A stretch of DNA of 64,000 nt, from assembly GCA_965228475.1 (NCBI GenBank), contig OZ245817.1:416001-480000 (forward strand), given 5' to 3'. Both the position numbers and the translations under genes were made by a program. Below the pieces are notes generated by a model. The model did not search any database. It was not told the DNA's origin and worked only from the letters and a program-made list of their open reading frames with translations. Positions 47,305 through 56,890 of this stretch are shown piece after piece (the stretch's first letter is position 1; each line of letters opens with the position of its first letter). This DNA is from Myxococcota bacterium. Lineage in GTDB: Bacteria; Myxococcota_A; UBA9160; JAFDDA01.

Positions 47305-48468
47305 CTAGGACGTTCTTCGTCCTCTTCGCTGGCGCCGGAGCCAGGCCGGCACGGCCAGGAGCACGAGCTCCGGCCCGAGCCCGCAGCCCGTTTCGGGATC
47401 CAGGTAGGCCACGAAGCCTTCCCGGTTGCCTTCGGGGTTGATGGCTTCGCCGGCGACGTAGAGGCCGTTCGGCGAGATCCCGTTCACCTGGACCAGGGTC
47501 CAGCCCGTGAGGTCGATCCCGAGGTCGTTCTCGAGGATGTCGGCCAGCTCGCGCATGCCGTTCGTCGCGTCCCAGAGGAAGGCCGAGGACATCGAGGCGC
47601 CGAAGTTGCCGCCGACCGCCTTCGCGGCGGTGTGGTCGACGTCGAGGATCAGCTTCGGGATGCCCACGTTGAAGGAGTTCCCGAGGTAGACGTACCCGCC
47701 GGCCTCGGTCCACAGCCAGGAGTCGCCCTCCTCGATGCCGAAGACGGTTTCGCCGTCGCCGGAGACACCGCGCACGGCGCGCGGCACCTCCGTGAGCGGT
47801 CCGATCGAGTCCATGCCCACGCCGTCTTCCCAGCGGAAGCCGGGCGCGTTGTCGTAGTTGCGTGTCGTGCCGGCGGCGACGCTGCCGTCGGCCGAGACGC
47901 CCCAGGCCTGGCTCTGCGGGTTGGTGTGCGGGAGCGTGCCGAGGTCCTCGTGGCCGCCGGCGGCGCTCCAGCGGAAGGCCTCCTGGTAGCCGCCCGCCTC
48001 GTTGTAGCCGCGGCCGACGATCGTCGTGCCGTCCTCGGAGAGTTCGCGGGGCAGGTCGGTGATCGGGACCTGGACGGCGCCCCCGGCGAGGGTCCAGAGG
48101 TAGGTGTCGTAGGTGCCGCCGCCGGAGCTGCTCACGGGCTTCCAGCCGAGCACGGTCTCGCCGTCGGCGGAGATGTCGATCGAGTAGGGGACGTCGGTCG
48201 GCAGGAACTCGAACACGCCGGGCGGGCTCCAGCGTGCGGCGCGTTCGTCGTCGAGCACGAGCGGCGGGTAGCCCGGGATCTCGACGATCACCTCGCCGGT
48301 GGTGACGACGGCGGCGCGGCCGTCGTTCGAGACGGCGTAGGCGTTGCTGTCGAAGCTGCCCCCGGCGAGGTCCCCGATTCCCGAGAACCACGCGGCGTGG
48401 GCCACCGCAGGCAGCGCGGCAACGATTCCGAAGGCGAGAAGTGCGATGGATCGGTGGAAGACCGGCAT
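47305..48468 (-). CDS. Secreted HAF-repeat (extracellular beta-propeller) protein with CGLGPEL C-terminal tail
   Basis: Signal peptide. Repeats AYAVSNDG, EAFRWS..DLGTL, AWGVSADG and AFLWD. Tail GCGLGPELVLLAVPAWLRRQRR. Confidence 0.8.
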   Translation of the reverse strand: MPVFHRSIALLAFGIVAALPAVAHAAWFSGIGDLAGGSFDSNAYAVSNDGRAAVVTTGEVIVEIPGYPPLVLDDERAARWSPPGVFEFLPTDVPYSIDISADGETVLGWKPVSSSGGGTYDTYLWTLAGGAVQVPITDLPRELSEDGTTIVGRGYNEAGGYQEAFRWSAAGGHEDLGTLPHTNPQSQAWGVSADGSVAAGTTRNYDNAPGFRWEDGVGMDSIGPLTEVPRAVRGVSGDGETVFGIEEGDSWLWTEAGGYVYLGNSFNVGIPKLILDVDHTAAKAVGGNFGASMSSAFLWDATNGMRELADILENDLGIDLTGWTLVQVNGISPNGLYVAGEAINPEGNREGFVAYLDPETGCGLGPELVLLAVPAWLRRQRRGRRTS

Positions 48469-48541
48469 GGTGGCGCCCTCCTGCTCACCCGCCCAGAGGG
48501 TACCCGAACCGCTCCGGAGTCGCCGGAGTCCCCCGGGGCCC

Positions 48542-49210
48542 CTAGTTCGCGATCAGCAGCCGGAGCCGGTTCCCCACGCGCTCGGCGTAGTCGGCGATGT
48601 CCGCGATCCACTCGATCATGTGCCACCAGAACAGCGTGGAGAGGCCGAGTTCGGACTCCATCTCGAAGACCTTGCGGGTCGCCTGCTCCTCGAGCAGGTC
48701 CGTTTCGGTCTCGACGCGCGAGAGCTCGTTGATCATGTCCTCGACCCGCGTCACCTCTGCTCCGCGGAAGCCCGTCTCGACCAGCTCGTCGAGCTCGTTC
48801 ACGACGCGTTCGGCCTGCTCGCAGGCCGCGATGACCTGGCGGACGAGGTTGCCGAGCACCTCTTGCAGCGCCGGCGGAACGGTCATGCCGCGCTGATCCG
48901 CGAGCTCCGCGATGTCCTGGGCGGTGTCGGCCATGGAATCCTGGGCGTCGAGGATGTCGAGCATGTCGCGGCGCTCGAGCGCGAGCATCATCCGCGCCGG
49001 AAGGTGGCTGCGGATCTCGTTCTTGATGCGGTCCGCCTCGTGCTCGCGGCGGTCGATCTCTTCGCGGGCGGCGTGGATGGCCGCGAGGTCCCCCGCCGTC
49101 ATGGCCTCGAGCAGCGGGACCAGTCCGCGCGCCGTTTCGACGGCGGCGCCGATGTGCTCTTGCATGGGCTTGACCGGCGATCGGCCGAACAGGTCCCCGA
49201 TCAACGACAT
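48542..49210 (-). CDS. DUF47/TIGR00153 phosphate-transport regulator (PhoU-like)
   Basis: Motifs FGRSPVKPMQEH, EHEADRIK and IADIADYAERVG. Lies downstream of pit. Confidence 0.88.
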   Translation of the reverse strand: MSLIGDLFGRSPVKPMQEHIGAAVETARGLVPLLEAMTAGDLAAIHAAREEIDRREHEADRIKNEIRSHLPARMMLALERRDMLDILDAQDSMADTAQDIAELADQRGMTVPPALQEVLGNLVRQVIAACEQAERVVNELDELVETGFRGAEVTRVEDMINELSRVETETDLLEEQATRKVFEMESELGLSTLFWWHMIEWIADIADYAERVGNRLRLLIAN

Positions 49211-49250
49211 GTCGGATCCTCCGGGCGAGGGCGCGGCGCCCCCGGAAAGA

Positions 49251-50507
49251 CTACGGCGAGAAGACGCCCTTGAAGAAGAAGTAGAAGAAAATCGAGAGTC
49301 CGGCCCCCGTCGGCAGCGTCACGATCCACGAGAGAATGATTCTCCCGACCACGCGCATGTCCAGGGCCCCGATGCCGCGCGCGAGGCCGACGCCGAGGAC
49401 CGCCCCCACGAGCGTGTGCGTCGTCGAGACCGGGATGCCCGCCCGCGAAGCGATCACGATCGTGGTGGCGGCCGCGAGTTCCGCCGCGAACCCGCGGCTC
49501 GGCGTGAGCTCGGTGATCTTCTTCCCGATGGTCGCCATCACCTTGTAGCCGTAGGTCGCGAGCCCGATCACGATGCCGACGCCGCCGAGCCCGAGCATCC
49601 AGAGGGCCACTGGGGCCTTGCCGCCGATGTCCCCGCCCTGGGCGGCGTTGACGGCGGCCGCCAGCGGCCCGATCGAGTTGGCGACGTCGTTCGAGCCGTG
49701 GGCGAAGGCCACGGCGCACGCCGTCAGGATCTGGAGCGCGGCGAACACGCGCTCGACGTTCGAGAAGCGCTGCTTCTCGTCGGGCGGCGCGGCCTCGATC
49801 CGCCGGAGCAGGAAGAACCCGAAGACGGTGCCCGCCAGCCCGAGCAGCGCCGAATAGAGCAGGGCCTCCGGCAGGTCGAGGTCGAGCTTCAGGTTCTTCA
49901 GGCCCTTGAAGAGCGTGACCAGCCCGATCGTGAAGAAGACCCAGAAGAAGAAGAACGGCCCGATCCGTTTGGCCCGCACCATCGGATCGTCCTGATCGAG
50001 GATCGTGCGCCGCACGAGCACGAAGACGAGGAAGGCGATCACGCCGCTCATCACCGGCGACGTCACCCAGGAGGCGACGATCGTGCTCACCTTGGCCCAC
50101 TGCACGGCTTCCGGTCCGATCGCGACCGCACCGAAGCCGACGATCGCACCGACGATCGAGTGGGTGGTCGAGACCGGCCAGCCCATGCGCGAAGCGAAGA
50201 TCAGCCAGGTCCCCGCCGCGGCGAGGGAGGCGAGCATCCCCCAGATGAGCTCCTCGCGTTGGAGCGCCGAAGTATCGAGGATGCCCTTGCGGATCGTGTC
50301 GGTGACGTGCCCGCCCGCGAGGAAGGCGCCGCCGAACTCGAGCACGCCGGCCACGAGGATCGCGCCCCCGAGCGTCAGCGCTCCGGAGCCGACGCTCGTT
50401 CCCATGGCGTTGGCGACGTCGTTCGCACCGATGGCCCACGCCATGTAGAGGGCCAGCGCGCCTGCGACGATGACGGGCAGCGAGTAGCCGAATAGCGCCG
50501 ATTCCAC
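49251..50507 (-). CDS. pit: PiT family inorganic phosphate transporter
   Basis: Motifs GANDVANAMG, PVSTTH and HGSNDVAN. Confidence 0.93.
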   Translation of the reverse strand: MESALFGYSLPVIVAGALALYMAWAIGANDVANAMGTSVGSGALTLGGAILVAGVLEFGGAFLAGGHVTDTIRKGILDTSALQREELIWGMLASLAAAGTWLIFASRMGWPVSTTHSIVGAIVGFGAVAIGPEAVQWAKVSTIVASWVTSPVMSGVIAFLVFVLVRRTILDQDDPMVRAKRIGPFFFFWVFFTIGLVTLFKGLKNLKLDLDLPEALLYSALLGLAGTVFGFFLLRRIEAAPPDEKQRFSNVERVFAALQILTACAVAFAHGSNDVANSIGPLAAAVNAAQGGDIGGKAPVALWMLGLGGVGIVIGLATYGYKVMATIGKKITELTPSRGFAAELAAATTIVIASRAGIPVSTTHTLVGAVLGVGLARGIGALDMRVVGRIILSWIVTLPTGAGLSIFFYFFFKGVFSP

Positions 50508-50655
50508 AGCGACCTCCCGCCGATGACCCTAGGGGTCCGTCTTCACTCTGTGAAGGAATCGTGTCGTTTGCGTGTGGATTTCTGGTGAGCAGCGGAGAAA
50601 CCTCGTTTGATTTCGCTGAAAAGGCCCGAAACGGTCCCGTGATAAGCTCGCCGCG

Positions 50656-51945
50656 ATGTGCGACACGCTGCTAGCCGCCGCCAGCGAGACCCGTGACGGG
50701 CACGTCGTCTTCGCCAAGAACAGCGACCGCAAGGACGGGGAATCCCAACCCTTCCTCCAGTTTCCCGCCGCGAGCCATCCGCCCGGCGCGCGCGTTCGCT
50801 GCACGCACATCGCCATTCCCCAGGTCGCCGAGACCTACGCCGTCATGGGCCATTCGCCGTGGTGGGTCTGGGGCTTCGAGCACGGGGTGAACGAGCAGCG
50901 CGTGGCGATCGGGAATCTCACCGTGTTCTCGCGCGAGCCCGTCGAGGAGACGCCCGGCCTGATCGGGATGGACCTCGTGCGCCTGGGCCTCGAGCGTGGC
51001 CGGACCGCGCGCGAGGCGCTCGAGGTGATCGCCTCGCTCGTCGAGACCCATGGCCAGGGGGGCGCAGCGCTCGCGCCCGACGCCTCGGGCTACCACAACG
51101 CCTTCGCCCTGGCGGACCCGGCGGGCTGTTGGCTGCTCGAGACCTCCGGCCGCCACTGGGCCGCGCGCGAGGTCACCCTCGAATCCCACTCGAACCACCT
51201 CTCCCTCGGCGACGACTGGGAGATCGCCTGCAGCACCCTCGAGGCCTACGCGCGCGCTTCGGGCTGGTGGCAGCGCGCCGAGCGCATCGACGTCGCCCGC
51301 GCCTACCGCAACCCCCACGTACCCGGCGTGATCTCCGAGGGGCGCCTGCGCCGCGCGCGCGAGCTGCTCCTGCGAAAGAGCGGGCGGATCGACGTCGCAC
51401 ACATGCAGGCGTCCCTGCGCGACCATCTCGAAGGCGGCCCCGCGCGCCAGGACGGAGCGACGCCGGAGGACGACGCCTACTACACCCTGTGCATGCACAG
51501 CGAGCCGATCGGGACGACGACGGCGAGCATGGTTGCCACGCTCGCGGAGCCCACCGAAGCGCCGGGGGCGCCGTGGCCGGTCTGGATCTCCTTCGGGACG
51601 CCCTGCACCGGCGTGTTCCTGCCCGTCTATCTCGGCGGCGTCATTCCGCCGGCGATGGCGGCGAACGAAGCGAACGGGGGCGGAGGCTCGGCGTGGTGGG
51701 TCTTCAAGCATCTGCAGGACGCTGCCGCGGTCGACTTCGCGGGTCGCACGCCCGAGCTCCGTGAGGCCTGGCGCCCCTTCGAGCGCGAGCTCGAGGAAGA
51801 GCGGGTTCGCGTCGAAGCCGAAGCCGCGGGGCACGCCGCATCGGAGGCGGAGGGGGCCGCACGGGCGTGCCTCTCGGCCTTCATGCAGCGAACGCTCGAG
51901 ACGGCGCTCGAGCGCGCTCGGGAACTGACGATTCGATATTCCTGA
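50656..51945 (+). CDS. Peptidase C69 / secernin-like Ntn hydrolase
   Basis: N-terminal MCDT, then FAKNSDR, GFEHGVNE and GMDLVRLGLERG. Confidence 0.88.
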   Translation: MCDTLLAAASETRDGHVVFAKNSDRKDGESQPFLQFPAASHPPGARVRCTHIAIPQVAETYAVMGHSPWWVWGFEHGVNEQRVAIGNLTVFSREPVEETPGLIGMDLVRLGLERGRTAREALEVIASLVETHGQGGAALAPDASGYHNAFALADPAGCWLLETSGRHWAAREVTLESHSNHLSLGDDWEIACSTLEAYARASGWWQRAERIDVARAYRNPHVPGVISEGRLRRARELLLRKSGRIDVAHMQASLRDHLEGGPARQDGATPEDDAYYTLCMHSEPIGTTTASMVATLAEPTEAPGAPWPVWISFGTPCTGVFLPVYLGGVIPPAMAANEANGGGGSAWWVFKHLQDAAAVDFAGRTPELREAWRPFERELEEERVRVEAEAAGHAASEAEGAARACLSAFMQRTLETALERARELTIRYS

Positions 51946-51949
51946 AGGG

Positions 51950-51977
51950 TCGACCGGGCAAAGACCGGCCCGGTCGA
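51950..51977. terminator. Hairpin between convergent genes
   Basis: 10-bp stem TCGACCGGGC / GCCCGGTCGA with no U-tract. Followed by a 13-bp direct repeat CGAAGCGTCCGTC (51975, 51990). Confidence 0.4.
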
Positions 51978-52005
51978 AGCGTCCGTCGCCGAAGCGTCCG
52001 TCTGG

Positions 52006-52254
52006 TTACGCGCTGCGCGCCGAGGACTGGTTCGCGCCTTCGGCCGGTCGGCGAACGGCCTGCGCGCGCGGGAAGTACTCCTCGCGCAGCTCCCACGGAA
52101 CACCGAGCGCCGCAAGCAATCGCCGTTTGGTCGATTGCCGACACGGCCTTCCCTTCTCGACCGCGTGCACGGTGCGCGGGGAGACGCCGGATTTGTCGGC
52201 CAGTTCGGTCTGGGTCCAGCCCACGGCCTGGCGTGCGGCTCGGATTCGGTTCAT
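52006..52254 (-). CDS. Small XRE-family HTH protein
   Basis: MNRIRAARQAVGWTQTELADKSGVSPRTVHAVEKG. Confidence 0.85.
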   Translation of the reverse strand: MNRIRAARQAVGWTQTELADKSGVSPRTVHAVEKGRPCRQSTKRRLLAALGVPWELREEYFPRAQAVRRPAEGANQSSARSA

Positions 52255-52387
52255 CGCTCGGAAACCTCGGTGAGCCGCCATTTTAGCTGCACCGGCTTCC
52301 GACTTGAAGCGCGCCGTGCGCCTCGGGCACACAGGATCGAGGAATCGGGGTGAAAACAGCCCGACCCGAGATTTTTCGCGGCTCCCT

Positions 52388-52846
52388 CTAGCGGAGGGTC
52401 ATCGGGTAGTAGGCGGCGTCCGGCATCACCGAGGCCACCGTCGTCGAGGCGCCGAGGTCGCCGACCATGACCGAGCCCCACTCCGGGGCCGTCGCGGAGA
52501 GGGCCAGGACCAGGACCGCCATGGCGAGGGCGCTGGCTGCGGGCAGGGCGCCGTAGCCCGCGGCGGCGGGGCGCGGAGCGGGTTCCCGCCAGAGCGCGAG
52601 GGTGGAGAGCCGGCCCCGGGCGGCGTCGGCCGCCGCGGCCTCGAGCGGGAAGAGGGCGCGGGGCATGCGGGCGAGCATCCGCTCGGCCCGTTCGAGCCTC
52701 TCGAGCCGGCGCGCGCAGCGCGGGCAGCGCTCCACGTGCGCCGCCAAGCGGCTCGCAAGGCCTTGATTCAGCTCGGGTTCCAGCAGATCCGGGACCCGGC
52801 CCGCAATGCGAACGTGTTCCCAGAGATCCAGAATGGCGAGGCTCAC
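52388..52846 (-). CDS. Zinc-finger (ZAS/zf-HC2) anti-sigma factor with TM helix
   Basis: HVERCPRC motif and a TM segment. GTG start overlaps the sigma-factor stop. Confidence 0.75.
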   Translation of the reverse strand: MSLAILDLWEHVRIAGRVPDLLEPELNQGLASRLAAHVERCPRCARRLERLERAERMLARMPRALFPLEAAAADAARGRLSTLALWREPAPRPAAAGYGALPAASALAMAVLVLALSATAPEWGSVMVGDLGASTTVASVMPDAAYYPMTLR

Positions 52847-53466
52847 GACCGGTCCTCCTCGAGCTCTTCCAGCATCGGTCCCATGGCCTTGGCGAGCTCG
52901 GCGCGCCCGCGCCGGAGCCACGTCCCGACGGTGGCGATGGGGATGTCTTCGCGGCGGGCGATCTCCGCATTCGAGAGGCCGTGGACGATCCGCATCACCA
53001 GCACGCGCCGGTGCTGGGGCTTCACGGCCAGCAGGGCCTTGGCGACGCCTCCCAGGATCTCGCCCTCGAGCACCTGGTGTTCGGGGTTGGCGGGGTTCGC
53101 GGCAGCCGCCGGGTGCGGGGCCTCGGGCTCGGCCAGAGCGGCGTCGGCGTGGAGGCGGTCCCGGCGCCGGCGCGCCCGCAGGACGTTGACCGAGGTGTTC
53201 ACGGCGGCCCGGTAGAGATAGGTCCAGACCGAGGCATCCCCGCGGAAGCGGGCCTTGGGCAGGCGGAGGAAGACGCCCTGTACGACGTCCTCCGCGTCCG
53301 CCCGATTTCGGAGGATGCGGAAGGCGATGGCTTCGAGCCGGCGGCGGTAGCGCTCGTGGAGGGTGGCGAGCGAGGCCCCGCCGCCGAAGGTCCAGCCCTC
53401 GGGGGTGCTCTCGGCGTCCACGCGCCAGCTCGATTCGGCCGGAGGTCCCAACGTGCGGCTCCCCAT
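52843..53466 (-). CDS. ECF RNA polymerase sigma factor
   Basis: Region 2 DAEDVVQGVF and WTYLYRAAVN. Region 4 GLSNAEIA...TVGTWLRRGR. Confidence 0.9.
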   Translation of the reverse strand: MGSRTLGPPAESSWRVDAESTPEGWTFGGGASLATLHERYRRRLEAIAFRILRNRADAEDVVQGVFLRLPKARFRGDASVWTYLYRAAVNTSVNVLRARRRRDRLHADAALAEPEAPHPAAAANPANPEHQVLEGEILGGVAKALLAVKPQHRRVLVMRIVHGLSNAEIARREDIPIATVGTWLRRGRAELAKAMGPMLEELEEDRS

Positions 53467-53967
53467 CCTTTCCCCCTGACCCTTGAGACGCCGCCGACCC
53501 CTGCGGCGATTCAAAGGGGGGTCTTCCACCGATGGCCCGATGCGGGTCATATCATCCTATCTGCTGGAAATCGCGAGTCAAAATCGATCCATGGGGGTGG
53601 CGAATTTCCGGTCAGACCGGAACCCGGCCATTCCCTGAGCGGAAAATGACGCGTTCCCCGTCACCTCGTTGCAGGTCGGTTGCCGATTGCAGGCCTGTGG
53701 CTCGAGTGGTGAAGGGGCGCGTGGCCTGAATCAGGGAGTTCCTGTCAGGCCGGCGTGACTCGAAAGAGTGTCCCTCGCACGAATCAGGTTGATCGGATCT
53801 GGGTCGAGATGGAAGCGGCGCTGAACATGCGGATGATGGAACGGTCGCCGAGCAGAGCGGAAGCTGGATTCGTGCGAGGGGGCCCCGAGGCCCGCTGGGC
53901 CATGCCCGAGGCCACGGGGAAGCATGCGGGGACGGGCCCCGGCCCCCGCTTTGGTAGCTTTTGGGTC

Positions 53968-55050
53968 ATGGGGGATGACGTCAAACGAGCTTGGCTGAAC
54001 GAGCAGGCCCGGCAGATCTACGAAGCCGCGCCGCTCGGCGTCGCGCTCTGCGATGCCAAGCTCCACTGCCTCTTCGCGAACCACGCCCTCGGCGGCATCG
54101 TCGGCTACGCGCCCGAAGAACTCACGCGTCTCGGCCTGGTCGACCTCGCCCACCCCGAGGATGGGGAGCGGCTGCGGCGTGCCGCGGAGGGTCTCGAGCC
54201 GGCGCGCTCGCCGGCGCCCGTCGAGCACCGCTTCGTCCGCCGCGACGGCCGGGTCGTGTGGTGCCGGGTCAGTTTGTCCCAGGTCGAGGACGGTCCGCTG
54301 ATCGCCATGATCGAGGACGTGACCGAGCAGCAGCGCGCGGAGCAGAAGCTGCGCGAGAGCGAACGTCTCGTCGCGGTCGGAACCCTGGCCGCCGGGATCG
54401 CGCACGAGATCAACAACCCGGTCGGGTCGATCCTCGCGAGCGCCCAGTACGCACAGATGGTCCGCGACGATGCCGACGGCGCCGAGAAGGTCGACGAGTC
54501 GCTCGCGAACATCGTCGCCGAGGCGCGGCGCTGCGGACAGATCGTGAAGAGCGTGCTGAAGTTCGCGCGCGAAGAGACGACCGAGCGCTGGCCGAGCGAT
54601 CTGAACCGGGTGGTCGGTCAGACGCGCGACCACTCGATGGAGCTCGTCCGCCGCTACGGCGCGCGGCTCGAACTCGACCTGGCGGACCGCCTCCCGGAGG
54701 TGGTGATGAACCCGACCGAGATCGAGCAGCTCCTCGCGAACCTCGTCCGCAACGCGCTGCAGTCCGGCGGCTACGGGATCCACGTCCGCATCCGGACCGA
54801 GGACCGCGGGGGTCTCGTCGTGCTTTCGGTGCGCGACGATGGCCCGGGCATGCCGCCCGAGGTGCGCGAGCAGATCTTCGACCCCTTCTTCACCACCCGC
54901 GAGGCGAGCGGCGGCACGGGCCTCGGCCTTTCGATGGTGCACGGCATCGTCTCGGGGCACGGCGGAAAGGTCTCCGTGCACAGCGAGCCCGGCGAGGGCA
55001 CGGACGTCGTCGTGGAGCTGCCGACGTTTCGCGCGGCGGGGGCTCGATAG
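53968..55050 (+). CDS. PAS sensor histidine kinase
   Basis: H-box AHEINNP, N-box NLVRNA, DDGPGM, FDPFFTT and GTGLGL. Start uncertain. Confidence 0.92.
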   Translation: MGDDVKRAWLNEQARQIYEAAPLGVALCDAKLHCLFANHALGGIVGYAPEELTRLGLVDLAHPEDGERLRRAAEGLEPARSPAPVEHRFVRRDGRVVWCRVSLSQVEDGPLIAMIEDVTEQQRAEQKLRESERLVAVGTLAAGIAHEINNPVGSILASAQYAQMVRDDADGAEKVDESLANIVAEARRCGQIVKSVLKFAREETTERWPSDLNRVVGQTRDHSMELVRRYGARLELDLADRLPEVVMNPTEIEQLLANLVRNALQSGGYGIHVRIRTEDRGGLVVLSVRDDGPGMPPEVREQIFDPFFTTREASGGTGLGLSMVHGIVSGHGGKVSVHSEPGEGTDVVVELPTFRAAGAR

Positions 55051-55052
55051 CC

Positions 55053-56147
55053 ATGGCGCGGGTGCTGCTCGTCGAAGACGAAGACCGCTATCGCGACATC
55101 GTGGCCCGCTACCTCTCGCTGGCCGGGCACGACGTGCTCGACACGGCGAGCGGCGAAGAGGCCGTGGCCCTCGGGCTCGCCCATCGGCCCGACGTGCTCG
55201 TGGCCGACTGGATGCTGCGCCACTCGGTGCACGGCCTGCACGTGGCCGAAGCCCTGCGCGCGGCCGACCCGGCCCTGCACACGGTGCTCGTCACGGGCTT
55301 CCCGGACAGCGACCTCACCATGGATCGGACGCGGGTCGGCATCGTCGACCTGCTCGAGAAGCCCTTCGACATGGAAGACCTCGGGAACGCCGTGGCGCGC
55401 GCCGTCGAGGCGCCCGAGGGCAAGGAAGAGGAGGGCGTCGCGGTGTTCGTGCTCGACGGACAGGGCGCCATCAAGGCGGCGAACCGCGCCGGCGGGCGGC
55501 TGCGCGCCGCAGCGGGGCAGGACGACGCGGGCCTCGACGCCGTGCTCTCCATGGATTCGCACGTGCGCCTCGGCCAGGCGGACGGGCGCTGGGTGCTGCT
55601 CGAGACCGCGGTGCGTCAGCCGCTCTGGGCCCGCACCCGGGAGCTGCCCGACGGTGGGCGGCTGCTCGTGCTCTGCCCTTCCGCGCAGGAGTGGCGCCGC
55701 GACGACCCGCGCGTCCGGGTCCTGCTCGGCCTGCCCCTCGGCCGCGCGAAGAAGGGCGGCTTCCGCGAGCCGCTGCTCCTCATCGACGACTCGGAGACGG
55801 TCTGCGACTCCTTCGTCGCGCAGCTCGCGAGCCGCGGCTGCGCGGCCCACGCCGCCTCCGACCACGCCCAGGGCATCGCCACGCTGCGGGCGGAGCCCGA
55901 GATCCGCGTCGTGGTTCTCGACTACGCCATGCCCGGCGAAGACCTGCGGGCGACCGTCGCACAGCTGCGTGAGGTCCGGCCCGGCGTTCGCTTGATCGGG
56001 ACGAGCGGTGAAGACCGCAGCCCGGAGTTTTCGGAGTTGGGGATCGAAGAGTTCTTGCAGAAGCCGTGGACGGTGTCCGGCGATCTGTTGTCTCTGCTGG
56101 GAAGCGGAGTGCAACCGATTCCGGAGTCCATTCGTAGGGAGAGCTGA
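55053..56147 (+). CDS. Response regulator with two receiver domains
   Basis: REC1 LLVEDE..VADW..EKPF. REC2 LLIDDS..VLDYAMP..QKPW. Confidence 0.85.
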   Translation: MARVLLVEDEDRYRDIVARYLSLAGHDVLDTASGEEAVALGLAHRPDVLVADWMLRHSVHGLHVAEALRAADPALHTVLVTGFPDSDLTMDRTRVGIVDLLEKPFDMEDLGNAVARAVEAPEGKEEEGVAVFVLDGQGAIKAANRAGGRLRAAAGQDDAGLDAVLSMDSHVRLGQADGRWVLLETAVRQPLWARTRELPDGGRLLVLCPSAQEWRRDDPRVRVLLGLPLGRAKKGGFREPLLLIDDSETVCDSFVAQLASRGCAAHAASDHAQGIATLRAEPEIRVVVLDYAMPGEDLRATVAQLREVRPGVRLIGTSGEDRSPEFSELGIEEFLQKPWTVSGDLLSLLGSGVQPIPESIRRES

Positions 56148-56157
56148 GGTGGAAGAA

Positions 56158-56811
56158 ATGCCGCGATTGTTGTTGGTGGATGATGAAGAGGTCTTTGCGC
56201 AGTCGACGAGTCGGATGCTCGACAAGCGGGGGTACGAGGTCGAGACCGCGGGCGATGCGGCCCAGGCCAACGAGCTGCTCCGCAAGAAGCGCTACGACTG
56301 CGTGATCTCGGACGTGCGCATGCCCGGAAACTCGCGCTTCGAGTTCATCGAAGACCTGGCCGAGGCGAAGGACTCGCCGCCGGTGGTGGTCATCACGGCC
56401 TATCCCTCGGTGGATACGGCGGTGAAGTCCCTCGACCTGCGCATCTCGTCCTACCTGGTGAAGCCGGTCGAGATCGACGACCTGCTCTCGCGGGTCGAGA
56501 ACGCAATCCGCGAGGTCCGGACGCGGCGTGCGGCCAATCAGATGATGAAGCGCAACGCCGAGGCCGCGGAGGCCGCGCCCGAGGCGCTGGTGCCGCCCGC
56601 GCGCAACGACGGGCCGGACCCGGACAAGCTCGCTTCGCTTTCGCCGCGGGAGACGGAGGTGCTGCGTCACCTGCTGGAGGGCTATCGCGTGAACACGATC
56701 GCGCGCAAGCTCTTCATCTCGCAGCACACGGTCCGCAACCACCTGAAGAAGATCTTCGCGAAGCTCGAAGTCCGCTCGCAGACCGAGCTGATGGAGAAGC
56801 TCAAGCCGTAG
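56158..56811 (+). CDS. Response regulator, REC + LuxR HTH
   Basis: LLVDDE, ISDVRMP, KP, and LSPRETEVL..IARKLFISQHTVRNHL. Confidence 0.92.
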   Translation: MPRLLLVDDEEVFAQSTSRMLDKRGYEVETAGDAAQANELLRKKRYDCVISDVRMPGNSRFEFIEDLAEAKDSPPVVVITAYPSVDTAVKSLDLRISSYLVKPVEIDDLLSRVENAIREVRTRRAANQMMKRNAEAAEAAPEALVPPARNDGPDPDKLASLSPRETEVLRHLLEGYRVNTIARKLFISQHTVRNHLKKIFAKLEVRSQTELMEKLKP

Positions 56812-56890
56812 CGGCCGGGCGCCCTGCGCCGGGAAGGCTTCGCGTGGGCGGCCGGGTGCCGCCCGCGCGCAGGCCTGTCACAATGCCGCG

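Noticed and set aside
50541..50555. Short palindrome CTTCAC-TCT-GTGAAG upstream of pit
   Set aside because: Single 6-bp arms and not a PHO-box direct repeat. Too weak to call.
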